From Rhizaria sp. SCN 62-66 (taxonomy: Eukaryota), in NCBI GenBank assembly GCA_001724265.1, contig MEDY01000255.1:62001-86318 (forward strand): 24,318 nt of DNA, written 5' to 3'. The translations under genes were made by a program, and so were the position numbers. Shown piece after piece: positions 22,001 through 24,318 of the stretch. The notes under the pieces are model-generated. The model ran no database searches. It saw only the letters and a list, made by a program, of their open reading frames with translations, and was not told the DNA's origin. Within the stretch, counting starts at the first letter, position 1. Each line of letters starts with the position of its first letter.

Positions 22001-22501
22001 CCGGCTCAGCGGGCGCTCGGCCCTACCCTGGCCGGCCCCAACTCTACCTCCAGCGCCAGCAGCAGTGCCAGCAGCAGCAGCAGCTCTGGCGCCGCAGCGG
22101 GCAGCGGTAGCAACGTGAACAAGCGTCTGGCCTCGCTGGCGGTGCCCGTGGCCGCGAACCTCGACGGCGGCGCCGGCAGTGCGCACGCGCACAGCAGCCT
22201 GGGCGGCAGCGTCGGCATGGGCAACCTGCTCCTCGGCGCGCTCGCCGCGGCCGCGGCGCCGCAGTCGCAGCACGCGCCCCCGCCGCCGCCCGACGGGACG
22301 ACGACGCTGAGCGCGAGCGCGAGCGGCGGGTTGGAGCCCAGCGTGTCGGGCATGCCGCCGCAGAAACGCTTCCTGGCGCCGACCGGTGAGCACACGGGCG
22401 GGCGGCTGGCGGGCTCGCGATCGGGCTCCAGGGCCGGATCGCGCGCTGGCAGCCGCAGGGGGTCGGTCTCAGGGGACAGCGGGCCCGTACCCAAAATGTA
22501 A
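19020..22501 (+). CDS. Uncharacterised coiled-coil / low-complexity protein, ~1097 aa; exons 19020-19978, 20167-22501
   Basis: Two long GC-rich ORFs are joined in frame by a GTACGT...CAG intron (DAR|RTAAAALRQVEERDREIERLQGDIEALE). Heptad-like E/R/A/L segments alternate with Ala/Ser/Gly/Asn tracts. I recognise no family. Confidence 0.82.
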
Positions 22502-22926
22502 GGGGCGCGGGTGAGTGCACACGTGCAAGACCTTTCCTCCGTTTCTGTATACATGTACCTATCGAATGAAAGAATGGATGTAGTTCAGGAACTAAGAATG
22601 ATGTGATATAGACTTGAATCTCCGTATTTTCTAATAAAATACTTTATGCTCTCAAAACAAAACACATTTTGTGGCAATTTTTACAAGCTGTAGTTAGAAT
22701 TGCTTCGGTTGATATTCGCTCATGAGAACAAAAGACTAGGTATATATGTATTCAGAAAGGTGAGATGGGGAACACAATAAATGAGTGGTGATATAACGTA
22801 TCGGTAACACAGTAAGACAGAAAAAAACATTAATCCTATATGATCATAGCATATCAGCATAACAACTGTCGTTGCGCAACAAAAAGCTTGTTGTCAGAGG
22901 CTGTAGAGCGTGGGCATTGCGACTGC

Positions 22927-23443
22927 TTAGACCCAGAGACCGGCCCAAAGAAGAAGGAAGAGGACAGAGAAACCGAGCGCAAAGGACGCAATCAGAGCTA
23001 TATAAGGGAAGATCGGGCAAGAGCAGATAGTGTTAGCTCGTGAGAAAGATTGCCCTTGCGAAGCAACTCTGGCGGAAGATTCAATGATACACCGAAGTTC
23101 GAGATAGAGCACAGTAGTACGTACCGAGAGGAATCTCCTTGATAAGGCTGCGCTTGGAATTCGAGACAGAGGTCTCGTAGCTATTGTGCGATTTCGAGAG
23201 AGGAGGTGGAAAGCAAATTGAATTGAAGTGAGATTGTCGAAAGGACGAGGCGACGCAGCACACGAAATAGTTGCTAGGGAGGCGGAACAAGTGATGTGAG
23301 AGCTCTAGAACGTACATAAAGAAGGCCATAGCAAAGAAAATTCCGACAGCGCCAAGAGCGGAGAAGTAGAAGAAGAACTGGTCAGGAGCGACCGGGGGAA
23401 CGTAGGGGATCGTCTTGATATTGGACAGGATGGTTCCCTTCAT
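22927..23443 (-). CDS. TMEM258: TMEM258/OST5 oligosaccharyltransferase small subunit, 84 aa; exons 23443-23316, 23180-23125, 22997-22927
   Basis: The spliced product is MKGTILSNIKTIPYVPPVAPDQFFFYFSALGAVGIFFAMAFFIYETSVSNSKRSLIKEIPLALIASFALGFSVLFLLLWAGLWV*. It matches the TMEM258 pattern (YxxPVxP, FFxYE, KE, ASxxxGFxVLFLLLWxGxxV) and has two transmembrane helices. Both introns are GTACGT..TAG. Confidence 0.94.
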
Positions 23444-23923
23444 CTTTCTTAGGAAGCAGTTGACACACAAGGAAGGACAACAAAGAAACAGAAATAAATC
23501 AGTGATGAGATTAATGCAAGGTCGTTTTGGACAATGAAAGACAGTTCGAGTAACGGATGGTACATGACGATCTGACCTGTTGATTAATCGCTGACTGGTC
23601 CTTTGCTTTGGTGACTGTGGTCTGACCAAGATGACTGTGAGCACCCCAGTCAAAATCAAACAAACTGGTATTTACGCTCTCAAAACATACGTGAGATTGA
23701 ATATGGATAAAATACAGTTTTTCCTTAGTGCATAGCACGGCTGACTTGCAATTGACTTTGACAAAAGCACAATGTGCTGCGGTACAGGAGGAAATAGCTC
23801 GACATGATGACCGTGAGCAGCCTCGGCAAAGTTAAGCCGTGGGCTGGGAGCCGCGCACGGCGGGGTGATCTTGAGCCTGTTCTTCCGAGGTCGTCTGCTC
23901 CACTGTCACTGGGTTTTTCAACA
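23444..23923. promoter_or_regulatory. Putative bidirectional promoter/5'UTR region between TMEM258 and the RPL7-like gene
   Basis: 480-bp head-to-head interval. The pyrimidine run CCTGTTCTTCC at ~23876-23886 could be a TOP/TCT-like start. Inference only. Confidence 0.5.
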
Positions 23924-24318
23924 ATGGTGTACGTCAAACGCAAACTATCTCTTCTTTTCATTCCGTTCATTGACTGCTCAATCGGCGCCGCGCTCTCCAA
24001 CACGCATTTGCAACGCAAAAGCGAAGGTGCGAAGTGGACGAAAGTTGGGCTGCCATCTGGTCCTCTTCCAATTGCCCGCTCAACCCTGCGCCGTCCCTAT
24101 CTGTTTTTGCCTGTGATCTGCAATGATGGCCTACTCTGTTCTTTATACTCACATCTCACTCTTTTCTCTCCTTGCTTCTGTTTGCACCCTCTGCGCATCC
24201 AAACAGTAACGTTGCCCCTAAGGCTAAGACTGCCATCAAGGCCCCCGAGTCCTTCCTCCGCCTCCAGCGCATCCAGAAGAAGCGTGCTGCTTCTGCGCTC
24301 CGCCTCAAGGCTTCCGTT
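23924..24318 (+). CDS. RPL7: Probable 60S ribosomal protein uL30 (L7), 5' part; exons 23924-23928 and 24207->24318
   Basis: ATGGT|GTACGT...CAG|T gives MVNVAPKAKTAIKAPESFLRLQRIQKKRAAS. The peptide is basic, has a PES motif as in RPL7 N-termini, shows strong C/T-ending codon bias, and has an intron right after the start codon, as is typical of ribosomal protein genes. Only 39 aa are visible, so the identity is tentative. Confidence 0.55.
   Translation, partial: MVYVKRKLSLLFIPFIDCSIGAALSNTHLQRKSEGAKWTKVGLPSGPLPIARSTLRRPYLFLPVICNDGLLCSLYSHLTLFSPCFCLHPLRIQTVTLPLRLRLPSRPPSPSSASSASRRSVLLLRSASRLP

Noticed and set aside
19077..22554. Long minus-strand ORFs (19077-19901, 20635-21345, 20732-21616, 21752-22393)
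   Set aside because: Very high GC depletes stop codons in all frames; these lie antisense to the coiled-coil gene.
23081..23659. 192-aa minus-strand ORF as a single protein
   Set aside because: It reads through the 5' region and a stop-free 135-nt intron of TMEM258. The spliced 84-aa product matches the family.
2743..24206. Introns as Introner-like mobile elements
   Set aside because: I see no sequence similarity among the introns beyond the splice signals, and no terminal inverted repeats or consistent target duplications.
1..24318. Alternative genetic code, selenocysteine or programmed frameshifting
   Set aside because: All genes are frame-consistent with GT-AG introns, and the complete ones end at TAA or TGA at expected positions. 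No in-frame stops fall in conserved domains, and apparent breaks are introns.

Overview
This is a gene-dense nuclear genome segment from a eukaryote, probably a flagellated protist because it carries RIB43A. It has GC-rich exons, AT-rich GT-AG introns of about 125-280 nt, and uses the standard genetic code. I reconstructed nine protein-coding genes by hand, and every splice junction keeps the frame: tubulin-folding cofactor D (-, runs off the left edge), an ENTH/epsin-like protein (+), a Pby1/TTL-like ATP-grasp ligase (+), RNase H1 (+), RIB43A (-), an intronless ankyrin-repeat protein (+), a ~1100-aa uncharacterised coiled-coil protein (+), TMEM258/OST5 (-) and the 5' end of a probable ribosomal protein uL30/RPL7 (+). 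I found no prokaryotic system, CRISPR array, tRNA/rRNA or recognisable transposon, and I cannot claim a clearly new multi-gene system. The best leads are the unusual GTACGY 5' splice-site consensus (+4C in 13 of 13 coding introns), a possible splicing switch for mitochondrial versus nuclear RNase H1, a large poly-acidic insert in the TTL-like enzyme, a compositionally atypical ankyrin gene with an F-box/PRANC-like tail, and a genomic A39 tract behind RIB43A. Family assignments come from recalled motifs, not database searches.
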